Assembly: GCA_000004985.1 (NCBI GenBank)
Contig: GG738905.1
DNA length: 64,000 bases
From: Naegleria gruberi
Lineage: Eukaryota
Direction: 5' to 3' (one strand)
Part shown: positions 22,384 through 33,900 of the stretch, piece after piece
How positions within the stretch are numbered: position 1 is the first letter of the stretch
Layout: every line of letters starts with the position of its first letter
The notes under the pieces: model-generated
Told to the model about the DNA's origin: nothing
Seen by the model: the letters and a program-made list of their open reading frames with translations, nothing else
Database searches by the model: none
Translations under genes and position numbers: made by a program

Positions 22384-23152
22384 TTATTGATATGGTGGAT
22401 ATCCTTGTTGAGGAGGATATTGTTGTGGTGGATATTGTTGTGGGTATCCTTGTTGTGGTGGAAAACCACCTTGTTGTGGGTATCCTTGTTCAGGAGGATA
22501 GCCATATCCTTGCATTGGAGGTTGTCCATAGTATGGTTGTTGTGGATATCCTTGTTGTGGTGGATACATTTGTTGTTGAGGGTAACCTTGTTGAGGGTAA
22601 CCTTGTTGAGGATATCCTTGTTGTTGTGGTGGAAAACCACCTTGTTGTGGATTAGTTGTGGTTTGAGTAGTAGTTGGTATGGCTTGTCCAAAATCTTCTG
22701 CCAACAATTCAACAGATAAGATTCCATTCCTTGAGTTGGCCAACCTTAAATCAACTTTTTGAGCGTGTCCTTTGTAAAGTGTTCCCAAAGCAATTGTTGC
22801 TCTTCCAATCAAGTCAGAAGATCCCAAACGATCATAATCAAAAACTTCAAAAGAAGCTGATTCTGTGGCTGGGTTGACACTTGGTGGCAAATCAAAGAAG
22901 AGAGAAGTATTCCAAGTTGGATTAGTAGTCTTGGTCAAGTGGTCAGTCTTGTGTTTAATTGTTCCAACAGAAACAACAACAAAAGGATCTATTCAGTGTT
23001 TAAAATATGATATTATTATTCAGTAGGATTATACAGATGTAAGTGTAATGATCAATGAAATTGTTTAAATAGTAACACCTACCTGATGTACCTCCAATAT
23101 CCTTTCCTTCTAAATCACGTGCAGAAATGATGGTTACTTTAAGTTTGCCCAT
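22384..23152 (-). CDS. SRC2-like C2-domain protein, copy 4. Exons 23083..23152 and 22384..22988, with a 94-nt intron (22989..23082). The tail is GYPQQ repeats.
   Basis: [24 protein letters not shown] | [55 protein letters not shown]... The tail reads [68 protein letters not shown]. Confidence 0.7.
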
Positions 23153-23496
23153 TGTTGATGATTGTTAAATTAATTGATGAACAGTGTTTGAGGTGTTTTT
23201 TTTGTTTTTAGAAATTATTGGTTTTGCAAAAGTTCCAATTTTAAATCTCAGAACGAATATTGGCAAGTTCAAAAAAGTTGCTCGCCCAATTAGATCGCCA
23301 TCAAATTAAACAATTATGGACTTTTGGGTAAATAACAAAAAATTGAAAGCAAGGTCAAGGGCATGCTTCATTGTAACAAAACTGTAGTCCTTGAGAATTA
23401 TTAATAATATAATTATTATTTTTATGTTAGAAATATTCAAAATTAAGGTATTTCCAAAAAAGTTAAGCACAATTATCAAACAAAAACAGAAAAAAA

Positions 23497-24738
23497 ATGT
23501 TCAAACACCAAGCTCAAACATTTCCCGCCAATTTTCATCAAGATGATGAAAGCGCACTAGATGATATTGAAACAACACTCTCAATACATAATAATCCATC
23601 TTGTTTTAATCATCATCAATTATTGTCTTCCGATACCATCACAATCATTGCAAGTTTCTTGCCAATTTCCGATTGGTTTTCAATGAGTGCTGTGAATGAG
23701 TGTTGGTTTCAAGCTATGCATCACGGAATGAATCATGAATGGAAGAGAATTTATTATAAGGAATGGAAATTGGATCGAATCATTGCTCATCATGACCATT
23801 TGAAACTTTATGATGAAAATGATTTAAAGATGGAAAAGGGAAAATTTAATCCTGGTAAAGGAGAAGAAGAAGAACAGCACGATGAGGAAGATAATGATCA
23901 TGATGATGATTTGAGAGGTGATGAGGAGGGAACAGTGGATTGGATGAGAGTGATTCAATACTATTTAAACAAATTACCAATCAAGACAGAAACTGTGGAG
24001 AGAGGAGAATGTTTAAACTTTTGTGAGGAGAGGAATAAGAGAATGGAATGGGAAAGTCCAATAATACAGAATGGAAAGGGAATTGTGGAGGGAGAGAATA
24101 GTTTTAGTATCTTTCAATTCTCGTTTCATGTATTGAATAGAATGAAAGAGTCGATTGAGAATTTCAAAAATATGGACGAAAGCTTGGAAGATCTGCAGCT
24201 GGAACTATTTAAACAATATAGAGTTTGTCTATTTATGGAATATTTGAGTTTGGGATTTAGACCTAGTGTAGTTTCAGATGTAGTTAATATTTGGGAAGGA
24301 ATTTATGATAATGAACCCATTCTAACATTACCTCTAGTTTCCTTTCTCTTTATACTACATCAAGACAATCCAATAGAAATCATGGAAGAGTTCATTCAGG
24401 AGGAATATGGTGAAATCTCCAATTGGATCTACGTTTCACTTTCTCAATGTCCACAAGATCGATTAGGATTCTCTCTAATTTTGAAAGAATTGGATCTCAC
24501 TAACTTTTCCTATGATTGGAATGGAAAGCTCCCTTGGTACCATCAAACTGATATCAATGAAAAGAATTTCCCACTCTACCTTGGAGTTTCCCAACATTTA
24601 GCTGATTATGAAACAAGCTACTACATGGATGATTATGACACCTCTCCATGTCGAGTCTATCATTTGAGTATTTCATGTGAATTATTGGCAACTCATCATG
24701 TCAAATTGTACAGAGAGGAAAAGATAATGAATTATTAA
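23497..24738 (+). CDS. Hypothetical 413-aa protein with an F-box-like N-terminal segment and an acidic middle.
   Basis: LSSDTITIIASFLPISDWFSMSAVNECWFQAM resembles an F-box. There is a D/E-rich stretch, EEEEQHDEEDNDHDDD. Confidence 0.45.
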   Translation: MFKHQAQTFPANFHQDDESALDDIETTLSIHNNPSCFNHHQLLSSDTITIIASFLPISDWFSMSAVNECWFQAMHHGMNHEWKRIYYKEWKLDRIIAHHDHLKLYDENDLKMEKGKFNPGKGEEEEQHDEEDNDHDDDLRGDEEGTVDWMRVIQYYLNKLPIKTETVERGECLNFCEERNKRMEWESPIIQNGKGIVEGENSFSIFQFSFHVLNRMKESIENFKNMDESLEDLQLELFKQYRVCLFMEYLSLGFRPSVVSDVVNIWEGIYDNEPILTLPLVSFLFILHQDNPIEIMEEFIQEEYGEISNWIYVSLSQCPQDRLGFSLILKELDLTNFSYDWNGKLPWYHQTDINEKNFPLYLGVSQHLADYETSYYMDDYDTSPCRVYHLSISCELLATHHVKLYREEKIMNY

Positions 24739-24874
24739 CTGTATCTCTCAGTATTCTTCAATATTTTGTAATAATAATTGCAAAGTTCTCGTGAGAAAAA
24801 TTCTGAAAAATGTAATATTCTAAAAATTCTAAAAGTAACTTCATCTCCATCAAAAACAACAACAAAAAAAAAGA

Positions 24875-25564
24875 ATGACAATTTCTAAACCACCTCCATC
24901 TTCAGGTAATAATAATACCTCAACAGGAGCAGTAGAAGAATCCATTATTTTGCAACAAGCTTTATATTGTATAGAAGATAATTATGATGTGATGATGGCC
25001 TCACCAATCACGCTCCAACTCATCTCATCAATTTGTACCAATATTGTGACTCATCCGAACGAGGAAAAGTTTAGAAAGATTAAAATTGCCAATCCAAAGT
25101 TTAATGACTTTGTGATGGGCGTTGAAGGAGCTGTAAATTTATTAATGTTGTGTGGATTTGAAATTGATGATAGTGGAGAGTATATTATTCTCAAGAAGGA
25201 GAATTTTGTTGCTAGTGATTTGAAGGATTTGATTGCTGCCATTGATATCAAGACAAAGAATAATTTAACTACACCACAAAAGCCAAGTAGTAGTAGTTCA
25301 GCATCATCAAGTGTTGTGAAACCAACTGGTAGCAGCAGTTCAGTTTCCGATGCTGAAATAGAAGAGAGAAAGAAGAAAATGATGGAAGAAAAGAAAAAGA
25401 TTCAAGCTGAAAAGGACAAAATCAAGCAACAATTGCTTGCTGATAAGGAGGAAAGAAAGCATTTGCCAACTGGTGTTTGCTCTAGAAAGACTACCAAACC
25501 AAATAGCACTTCTAAAAAGACTTTTAGAGACATTGGCGTCGAGCTCAACAAGGGAGGAGGCTGA
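24875..25564 (+). CDS. PUB (PNGase/UBA-or-UBX) domain protein with a serine-rich linker and a K/E-rich C-terminus.
   Basis: LQQALYCIEDN...HPNEEKFRKIKIANPKFNDFVMGVEGAVNLLMLCGFEI matches the PUB consensus (EEKYRKIR..N..F...V....GA.ELL...GF). The 3' end may be spliced, since the next frame continues. Confidence 0.55.
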   Translation: MTISKPPPSSGNNNTSTGAVEESIILQQALYCIEDNYDVMMASPITLQLISSICTNIVTHPNEEKFRKIKIANPKFNDFVMGVEGAVNLLMLCGFEIDDSGEYIILKKENFVASDLKDLIAAIDIKTKNNLTTPQKPSSSSSASSSVVKPTGSSSSVSDAEIEERKKKMMEEKKKIQAEKDKIKQQLLADKEERKHLPTGVCSRKTTKPNSTSKKTFRDIGVELNKGGG

Positions 25565-25910
25565 TGTTAATGGCAAGGAAGTTGAGAAAGAGATAGAATT
25601 TGATTGTTGTTCACTTGATTGGAAGAAGATTGAAAATATTTGAAATAGCTTAATTAGTATTTGAGAATCTTGATTCCAAAAAGTGATAGCATGTTTTGAG
25701 GATGACGATGTAAATGGTCAATTCAGCTTGTATTGCACCCTCAAATAGGTCAACAAGCAATCATTCACATCTGAGATCAACATGTTAAAACATGTCAAAT
25801 TTGAACTTGATTGATTTCTTTGCCTAGATATTTTAAATATCTTTTTATTAAATAATAAATTAATGATGTAAAACATTTCTACATTCCTCACACAAAGTTT
25901 AAATATCTAT

Positions 25911-26864
25911 TTACAAAGTACCGAATTGAACATAGACAGCTCTAAATTCCCATATTCTCTTCAATAAGAGACCTGCAAAACCAACAAAGATAGCACCAAT
26001 CAAGACAACAACAAGAGCCCACCAGTCAAATCCGATATGAGTTCCAAATTGAACAGCAAAATCCAAAACCAAATAAATTCCACTGAATGGAACAAGTGAA
26101 ACAATACTTGTAAACAACCACATACAAGCCAATACTAGAATAGTGTTGATATAATTCTTGTGAGTTTTCAAGAGACCAAAGAAGAATTCTTTCCTTATGA
26201 TCATTATGCATGATATTAAACCACAAGTAGCTCCAAACAAACTCATCAATGCAGCAATTACCAAACAAAAAACACTAATTCCACTAAAAAGACTCACTTG
26301 ATCATCTTCCAAATATCCGTTATCTTCATAATAATCCTCATTCTTATCATACTTTGCATGATAATCTTGCACAAAATCAATAGTCAACTTGATTTCAACA
26401 AATGACAAGATTAAAAAGATAACCGCATAAACGAAATTCAAAATTGCTGCAATCAATGGAATTAATACCCTGATAGGTTTTGGATCTCCAGCACCTCCCA
26501 CAACACTACTACTAATATCACTCTTTTCAATTGAAACTCTAATATTATCAACTGATGGTTCGGCAATTGGCTCTGTTCTTTCAACTTTTTCATCAACCGT
26601 TTCTTCATCATTAATTTTCTCCTTTTTTTCATGATAATGATCTTCGGAGGTATTATTTACTTCTTCTTCATGATGAGAAGATGATGTTGTTTCTTGTTGT
26701 ATCATTTCATCTTCCAATTCTATTGTTTCTTCGCGATAGACAGGTATTGTTGTTTGTTCTTCCTCTTCATGTTGTTCTTCATGTTGTTGTGATGATTCTT
26801 CGTTAATCACCTCATCAACCATATGACTCACAGTGTTGTTGTTGTTATTTTCATTATTGGACAT
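25911..26864 (-). CDS. Hypothetical membrane protein of 317 aa with an acidic N-terminal half and a 4-5-TM C-terminal half.
   Basis: N-terminal E/H/Q-rich region. Hydrophobic helices include LIPLIAAILNFVYAVIFLILSF, VFCLVIAALMSLFGATCGLISCIMII, ILVLACMWLFTSIVSLVPF and WWALVVVLIGAIFVGFAGLLL. Confidence 0.5.
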   Translation of the reverse strand: MSNNENNNNNTVSHMVDEVINEESSQQHEEQHEEEEQTTIPVYREETIELEDEMIQQETTSSSHHEEEVNNTSEDHYHEKKEKINDEETVDEKVERTEPIAEPSVDNIRVSIEKSDISSSVVGGAGDPKPIRVLIPLIAAILNFVYAVIFLILSFVEIKLTIDFVQDYHAKYDKNEDYYEDNGYLEDDQVSLFSGISVFCLVIAALMSLFGATCGLISCIMIIRKEFFFGLLKTHKNYINTILVLACMWLFTSIVSLVPFSGIYLVLDFAVQFGTHIGFDWWALVVVLIGAIFVGFAGLLLKRIWEFRAVYVQFGTL

Positions 26865-27162
26865 TTTTTTGCTAATTATTTTTTTTTTAAATCTTTTGTA
26901 AAATGTGTTTCAATTAATATTATTGGAGCAATGACTATTTGAGTGAGGGTTGCCAATTGGTTGTTGTGGAATGCATTGGAGAGTTGACTGCTTGTTGTGA
27001 AATGTATTGGTTTGTTGGGTCGCCCTTGTATGTAAAATAATTGTAATGATATTTTAAATCTCCGATTCAAATTCGAAACTTAGTTCTATTGGGGAATCCA
27101 AAAGATGCATTCAGAGTGATAAGTAAGATATTCAAGATCCTATTGTTTGTAAAATAAATAAT

Positions 27163-30100
27163 TTATATTCTTCTTTCACTTTGTGAGTAAGTGTTGGCAT
27201 TTCTGTTACCACCATAATTGTTTTGTTGGGAAGCATAAGGACTTTGTCTAGCTTGGGAGTATGGGCTAGTAGATGGTTGTTGATTGGATGGTTGTTGATT
27301 GTTGTTGGCAGTAGTGGAATAAGGTGATTGTTGGGCAGCAACTGTGGCAGCGTATGGACTTTGGGAGTAAGGTGATTGTTGAGGAGTTGAGGAAGCATAA
27401 GGTGATGGGGCATACGGACTTGTTTGTGGTGTAGAACTGTATGGAGACTTTTGATAATTATTGTTAGAATTGGACGAGTATGGACTATTTTGATAATTTG
27501 GAGGATTAGTTCTTTGACCTCTATCATATGAATCATCTCTTCTTTGATACCTACTATCACCACCATAATTTCTATTTTCATTTCTATTATCATTTCTATT
27601 ATCATTTCTATCAGAATAGTTGCGATTATTATTTCTATCACCAGAATAGTCTCTGTTGTATCTGTTGTTATTATCATTTCGGTTATTATCATAGTTTCTG
27701 TCAGAATTATTTCTATATGAATTATTTCTGTCATCTCTATTGTCATTTCTTTGGTAATCCCTGTTATCATTACGTTGATAATTCGATCTGTCACCTCTGT
27801 CATAATTTCTATTATCTCTGTTATCATTACGTTGATAGTTATTGTCTCCTCTATTTCTATTGTGGAAGTTGCCACTTCTTGAAAAGTCTACACGTTCTCT
27901 ATTGTTATAGTCGTGTCTGCCTCCACCTCCATTTCTTCTAAAGCTCAAATAGTTATTTCTTGGTTTACCATTCATAATATTATCAATCATTTCTCTTGAA
28001 GAGCAGAAAGTGACAGTCTTTTCACCATTTTGTCCAATTACAACTGGAACACTGCCTGAATCCAAAATTGTTGGCAACATTCTTGGAGGAAGTGTTACAT
28101 TTGGTAATAATTTGGCAATATACTTGCACTTGGATTTTTCAACCAATGGGAAATCAAAACAAGCACTAACAGCTGCAGTCTCTGCAACATCATCTAATAA
28201 ATCAGCTTTCCATGGTACCTTAACCATATCTGAAGGTGCCACCGAGAGTGGATCTTGTCTGAATGTACCTGCAACATCTTTTGATGCCTTATTAAAGTCA
28301 ACAAAGGAACTATCATCCAAATAGCATGACATGATTGAATTTTGGAGTGGATGTTCAAAGTGAACATATAGAGTAGTATTGCCTAGAGTATTTCTTTCCT
28401 TTTCCTCACTTGACAATTTAGGTTCAACAGTCTTGATGGCTGCTTGTAATTCTTCTTGATCAATGAAAGGAAGTAAGCATACACCCATCCATGTCTTGGT
28501 CTTTCCATTCAAATCAATCTTGAAATCTGTAGGGTAATAGTTAATAATTGGACTATCATCAGACAACATCAATTCACGATAACATGGAGGAAGAGCATGA
28601 GAACTTCTTGGAGGTAAAACACCCAACAATTGAGAGAAAGGTTTGTAAGGTTGACCTTTCTTAAAATTGAGACCAAGTTTTGAACTATCAACCATGGCCA
28701 TATCAGAAGCAAACGGAGCAAAATGGTAAGGATAGAACCAATCCCAAGAATCACAACCAGTATAATAATATCTAAATACCCAAACCAAACCTTCCAAATA
28801 TTTCAAAGAAACATCCCAATATTCATCAGTTCCAATATTAATATCCATCTTGTCCTTGTAATATCTTTCCTTCCATCCCTGAGAACCCAATTTCACTGTA
28901 TCAGGGAATTTTTCGGTATCAACATTCTTTGCTTCATCAAGTCTTAATTTCAAGCTATCTTGATATTGTTTGGAATCCATTTTAGAGATGGAAGATGAGG
29001 CAGCACCTTCAACCGAAGTTGTGGCTGTAGATGATGGTTCGGATGGTTGTTCCTCAGTTTCTTTTAACTTTTTTTCAACAGGAGCTTCCTCTTCCAATTC
29101 TTCATTTTCCTCCTCATCCTTTTTTCTTTTACCTAGGAATGATTTTTCAGGTGTATTTTCCAATCCTTGCTTTTTTCTGAAATCTTCATATGGATTTGTA
29201 ATGTGACCAAACTTTCCACGATGTTCTTTCAAAATTGGAACAATTTCAACACCTTCAGGTTTGTATGATTGATCCTTTCTTTCCTTTTGTTCACGCTTAC
29301 GTTGTTCTTGTTGTTTTTTAAAGTATTCTTCTCTCTTTTCTCTGACAGAGAATATTTTATCTTCATACTCTGAAACTTGTTTGAGCAGATACTGGACACG
29401 TGAAACATTGACATCACCATTTTCTGTAAGATAACCACCCATAACAGGTAAACTCTCCTTGTACAATGCAAGTAACAAGTCAATTGCACCTTCTCTAATA
29501 TCCAAAGAAGGTAAATGAGGTAAGAAATCGTTACCAACAAAGAAGCAAATAAAGACAAAATCATCCAAGCCTCTCTCAAATTCATATTGGAACGGAAGAC
29601 GATCAGTTTCTTGTAGCAATTCAATTTCCAAATATTCTCTCAGTACACTAATGTGTAAAATTTCTAATGGCTTGTATTCATAGGGATGGGCACCACTATT
29701 CTTCTTTTCCACATCATAACCCTTTCCTCCAGAATTTTTACCAAAATTGACTTTTTCTCTTAGATTGTAAAAGTATGGTTCGTGTGTTGCAAGAGCAAGC
29801 ATTGTAAGATCAGCATCCAATCCATGGATAACATGACTAGTATTTGGATTATATCCTTTCATTTCTCTTTGGGATCTAATAAAATCCATAATTTTATGTT
29901 CTCCTTCACCTGGAACATTTGCATCACTTAAAATAATTTTGACCTTTTTCCATCCTTCATCAGTGGTCAACTTCATGTGAATGAAATATCTTAGAGCTTT
30001 TCCTAGACGATACATGAAAGGAGTACCAGGAGTAATCACGTTTGAATCCCAATTATCTCCTGCAGGGTGAATTTCAAAATATTCATCCTCTTCCTCCTCC

Positions 30101-30771
30101 TGATTATTATTACTATCTTCAAATTCTTCATTGAGTGGCATATCATTATCTTCCATTAATAAACTAGCTAATTCCTTATTCTTGAAAGAAGAAAGTTTTT
30201 TCTTTTTCAAAATTCTAATTGGTTTCTCTGCAATAGAATCAATCTTTTCTGGTGGTGGTTCTAATCCACGACTAATTAATTCCTCACGTAAATCTCTTTC
30301 AACTTTCTTTTGATCTTCCATATCTTTTGCAGATTTATAACGACGAGCACGTTGTTGATTTTGTTTGGCTCTCGGAGCAGGACCATCAACAGCCATGAAT
30401 AAAACTTTTCTTGGTCTGATGGCTGCATAAATTCTCTCTACATATTCAAAGATCTTTTCATACATTTCTTCTTCTGTTTTAGGTGCTTCTTCATCTTCTG
30501 GATGGCAACAAGGGTGAATAATACCATTCATATCCAAATATAAATTATCAAATTCTTTTCCGTTAGGATTTGGTTTGGTTGTATCAATTCCTTGGGTTAC
30601 AATTCTAACAGTCTTCTTTTTAATGGTTGGTAATTGTCCATCAGCAACCTCAAAATCATCATAATTTGATGAAATTGTTGTTTTTTGTACTGTAGGTATT
30701 TCTTCAACACATTCCGATACAATATTTGGATATTTCTCTGTTAAATATCTATATAATCCTGGTACACCCAT
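27163..30771 (-). CDS. 5'-3' exoribonuclease of the XRN family (Xrn2/Rat1-like), 1202 aa, with a long RG/YD/N-rich low-complexity C-terminal tail.
   Basis: It starts MGVPGLYRYLTEKYP, as in XRN MGVPKFFRWL. The acidic catalytic-core motifs are present: LYLDMNGIIHPC, MAVDGPAPRAKQNQQRARRYK, HGLDADLTMLALATHEPYF, CFFVGNDFLPHLPSLDIREGA. Single exon. Confidence 0.85.
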   Translation of the reverse strand: MGVPGLYRYLTEKYPNIVSECVEEIPTVQKTTISSNYDDFEVADGQLPTIKKKTVRIVTQGIDTTKPNPNGKEFDNLYLDMNGIIHPCCHPEDEEAPKTEEEMYEKIFEYVERIYAAIRPRKVLFMAVDGPAPRAKQNQQRARRYKSAKDMEDQKKVERDLREELISRGLEPPPEKIDSIAEKPIRILKKKKLSSFKNKELASLLMEDNDMPLNEEFEDSNNNQEEEEDEYFEIHPAGDNWDSNVITPGTPFMYRLGKALRYFIHMKLTTDEGWKKVKIILSDANVPGEGEHKIMDFIRSQREMKGYNPNTSHVIHGLDADLTMLALATHEPYFYNLREKVNFGKNSGGKGYDVEKKNSGAHPYEYKPLEILHISVLREYLEIELLQETDRLPFQYEFERGLDDFVFICFFVGNDFLPHLPSLDIREGAIDLLLALYKESLPVMGGYLTENGDVNVSRVQYLLKQVSEYEDKIFSVREKREEYFKKQQEQRKREQKERKDQSYKPEGVEIVPILKEHRGKFGHITNPYEDFRKKQGLENTPEKSFLGKRKKDEEENEELEEEAPVEKKLKETEEQPSEPSSTATTSVEGAASSSISKMDSKQYQDSLKLRLDEAKNVDTEKFPDTVKLGSQGWKERYYKDKMDINIGTDEYWDVSLKYLEGLVWVFRYYYTGCDSWDWFYPYHFAPFASDMAMVDSSKLGLNFKKGQPYKPFSQLLGVLPPRSSHALPPCYRELMLSDDSPIINYYPTDFKIDLNGKTKTWMGVCLLPFIDQEELQAAIKTVEPKLSSEEKERNTLGNTTLYVHFEHPLQNSIMSCYLDDSSFVDFNKASKDVAGTFRQDPLSVAPSDMVKVPWKADLLDDVAETAAVSACFDFPLVEKSKCKYIAKLLPNVTLPPRMLPTILDSGSVPVVIGQNGEKTVTFCSSREMIDNIMNGKPRNNYLSFRRNGGGGRHDYNNRERVDFSRSGNFHNRNRGDNNYQRNDNRDNRNYDRGDRSNYQRNDNRDYQRNDNRDDRNNSYRNNSDRNYDNNRNDNNNRYNRDYSGDRNNNRNYSDRNDNRNDNRNENRNYGGDSRYQRRDDSYDRGQRTNPPNYQNSPYSSNSNNNYQKSPYSSTPQTSPYAPSPYASSTPQQSPYSQSPYAATVAAQQSPYSTTANNNQQPSNQQPSTSPYSQARQSPYASQQNNYGGNRNANTYSQSERRI

Positions 30772-30905
30772 GGTGATGAATATATATTATTAGAATGGTG
30801 CTGATGATCAAACGATGATGATGAAAAACAACAATCGATGACGATCAAATTTTTTTTGAACTTTTTTAATAAAATTATAAAATACTTTTGGTTCAATTAA
30901 ACGGC

Positions 30906-33900
30906 TCAAATTCTTAGCATGTTGAAAACTTCCTTCTTGAGGGAATCTAATAGGATTGGTTTGTAAATGACAGAGTCAAAACCATGACCCACTAGAGTAT
31001 CAACACTTTCCCAAGTATTGGCTGTAATGGCTAAAATTGGTGTTTGTTTTTCAGTTTCGTTTTGTTTCTCTGCTTTACGAATCATTTCACATGCTTCCTT
31101 ACCTGAAAGAATTGGCATGAAACAATCCAACAAGATAATGTCGTACTTCTTTCGTTTGTACATGTTGAAACATTCCATTCCATCACAGGCTACATCAATA
31201 TCTTTAAATCCAATAACTCTTAGCATTTTGGTGAGGATTTTCCTATTAACTGCATTATCATCTACAACAAATATTGATTTCTTACTAATGTCAGGTCGAA
31301 TAGGACTGGATGGGTGGTGAGATTCTGATCTTTCACTTGTTGGAGAGGCTGTTTCTACTCCCAAGAATGTTGGCATGCTGCCTACTTCAACAATTGATTG
31401 TCTTGGGGTACAACTGGCTTTCTTGCAATGTGCATTGTGCGGTTTCTCTTTCAACACCAAATCAGCCAAATCAACAAACTTGATCGGTTTGGTCAGGTAT
31501 GAGAAAGTTTGATGATGTCTTGTTTCTCCTCTGAATATTGAAGGAATTATCATGCAATTCAATTGTTCCACAAATCTAGTGCCTTGAATTTGAGTACAGA
31601 ACGATTCTGGGCAGAAAATCATATATTTACAGGAATGATCTGCAACATGGAGAATATTTTCAGATTCTTGAACAAAATCTGCATGAGTTTCAAAATCTTG
31701 AATAAGCACAACTCGTTTGAACAAGTTCAAATAGGAAGACAGTACTTGTCTAAAAACTGGATCCTCATCAATAATGATAATACTCAAATCTTGTGATTGA
31801 TCTTCACTTAGAACGTCCAATAAATTTTCTGGATTCAAATTAATGTGAGTTGAGGAAGAAGAGCCTTCAGAATCTGTAACTTGCTCTTGTTTGTCCATTT
31901 CTTCGAGAGGGATATAGACGTTCATTGTTGTTCCTTCTCCTACTCTTGAGTTGACAATAATCTTTCCTTCCATTTTCTCAATAATTTGCTTAGTAATATT
32001 CAATCCAAGTCCATTTCTATTGGTATTGATGAGACTACTTCCTCCATTGTTCAATTTTGTAAATTCTGATTGTTTAAAGTAGTGCTCGAATCCTTGGGTC
32101 TTTTCTTGTTTTTCTATAATGTGGAATGGTTTGAATAAACTTCCAATTTGAGACTCTGAGATACCACATCCATTATCTTGACATTCAATCTTGAGATAGA
32201 AGCAATTCTTCTTAATTTCCTCTTCTTGGAAGTGTAGTTTCAATTCCTCATCCTTTGCCTTTTTACATTTGAGCAGGACTTGACCTCCCTTAGTATACTT
32301 GATCGAATTTGAAACCAAATTCATTACAATTTGACTGATCCTCACAGAATCTCCCATTAAAAACATTGGTACTTTGGAAACATCAAAGAATGAATGTAAA
32401 GTATTCTTCTTTTCAATTGCTAATGGAGAAAATACACAAGTTATGGATTCTATCAAACACATGACATTAAATTGTTCCACCTTCAGTTTGATATTTCCAA
32501 TTTCCATTGAACTCATTTGAAGAGAAGAGGATAGGATGTGTAATAAGAGTGCCGCATTTTCATGAACATCATTAATCATTTCTGAGAAGGAAGCGTTTGA
32601 AACCATGCAATGTTTACAACTCTCTGAACAATCTTCACTCTTATAAATATTCTTAATTAATTCTACGGAACCAATAATGGCATGAAGTGGATTTCTCAAT
32701 TCATGAGATAGTGATGCAATAAATCTCGTCTTTTCATAATTTGAAACTCTTTCCTTTGCAATTTCTACTTGATGACTAGTGTACTGATTATTTTTCTCTG
32801 TCAAGTGTTTGGAGAAGAAGAAAGATCCGATTAATACTGTATTCTGAATTACAAACACTTCCAACACTTTAACATAAAAGTCTGCTCTTTCCTTCTCACT
32901 CAGTAAATCGTACCACATGTAAAAAGAAGTAAGTAAGGAAATGGTGGTGAAAGCAATCAATTGCCCACATCCAAATAATATATAACTAGACTTGTAATAA
33001 AACGACATGGACACTACAAAAATCTTAAATGTTGTAATGATATGCATAGGACTTAATGGTCCATACTTGATTTGCATTGCAATTTGTACAAAATCAGCAA
33101 GAGATATTCTCGATAAGTTAATCATGGAAAAGGCATGTAAGGTTGTAACCTTATCTAATATAATGTTCACGCCCATATGTATAAAATGTTCCACAACTAG
33201 TACTATAACGAAGAATAACGGTCCTATATCCCATGATGCTATTGCTCCAAATATAATTGGCATGATGGCCAGATAGGACCCGACTGTTGAGTGGCAACTT
33301 TGTTGTTGTTTCACTTGTTGTAAATCTACTTCGTCTTTGATCGCTGCTGATGAATTAGCACTCCCTGCTGTGGAAGATGAAGGAGATGGAGGAACTGAAT
33401 TGTTATTGGTGGTGGTAGATGAAGAATTATTAGTTGGACTATTTGAAGAGTATTTGGCCTTAATAGAAGAGGATGGCGATTCGGGGGCCATCTCTTCCTG
33501 GTTTGGCATTCTCTTCACCACAATATTGCCATTACTTGTTTGATGGTCTAATTTTCGGAAATTCTTACTTTTCATTATTGAGGCACTCATTGGTGATGAG
33601 AAATTCATATTATTTCTTATGCTATTGATGGTGCCTGATCTTCTATCCTTCTTTAATTGTTGTTGAGTGGCCACAGTGTCAAATTTGTCTTGAAGAAGTG
33701 AAGGAGGAGTTAAGGAAGGTGAAGATGTACTCGTTGTTTGTGGGGAAGAGGATGATGAGAGAAATTCATCATCTATTGCTTCCATAGTTGGTGTTGTTGC
33801 TGCATTAAAAGTGTTGTTATTATCATCTTCATCTTTATGAGGGACGGAAATTCGGATGGGAGAATTAGGTTTATAGTGATGAGAATTGTTGTTCGTTCTC

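Noticed and set aside
27132-27875. 247-aa ORF (27132..27875, minus) overlapping the XRN C-terminal tail in another frame, plus the plus-strand ORF 27528..27941
   Set aside because: They are frame-shifted readings of the repetitive RNDNRD-coding region (I/T/E/M-rich and Y/H/F/C-rich nonsense). XRN frame continuity supports the annotated frame.
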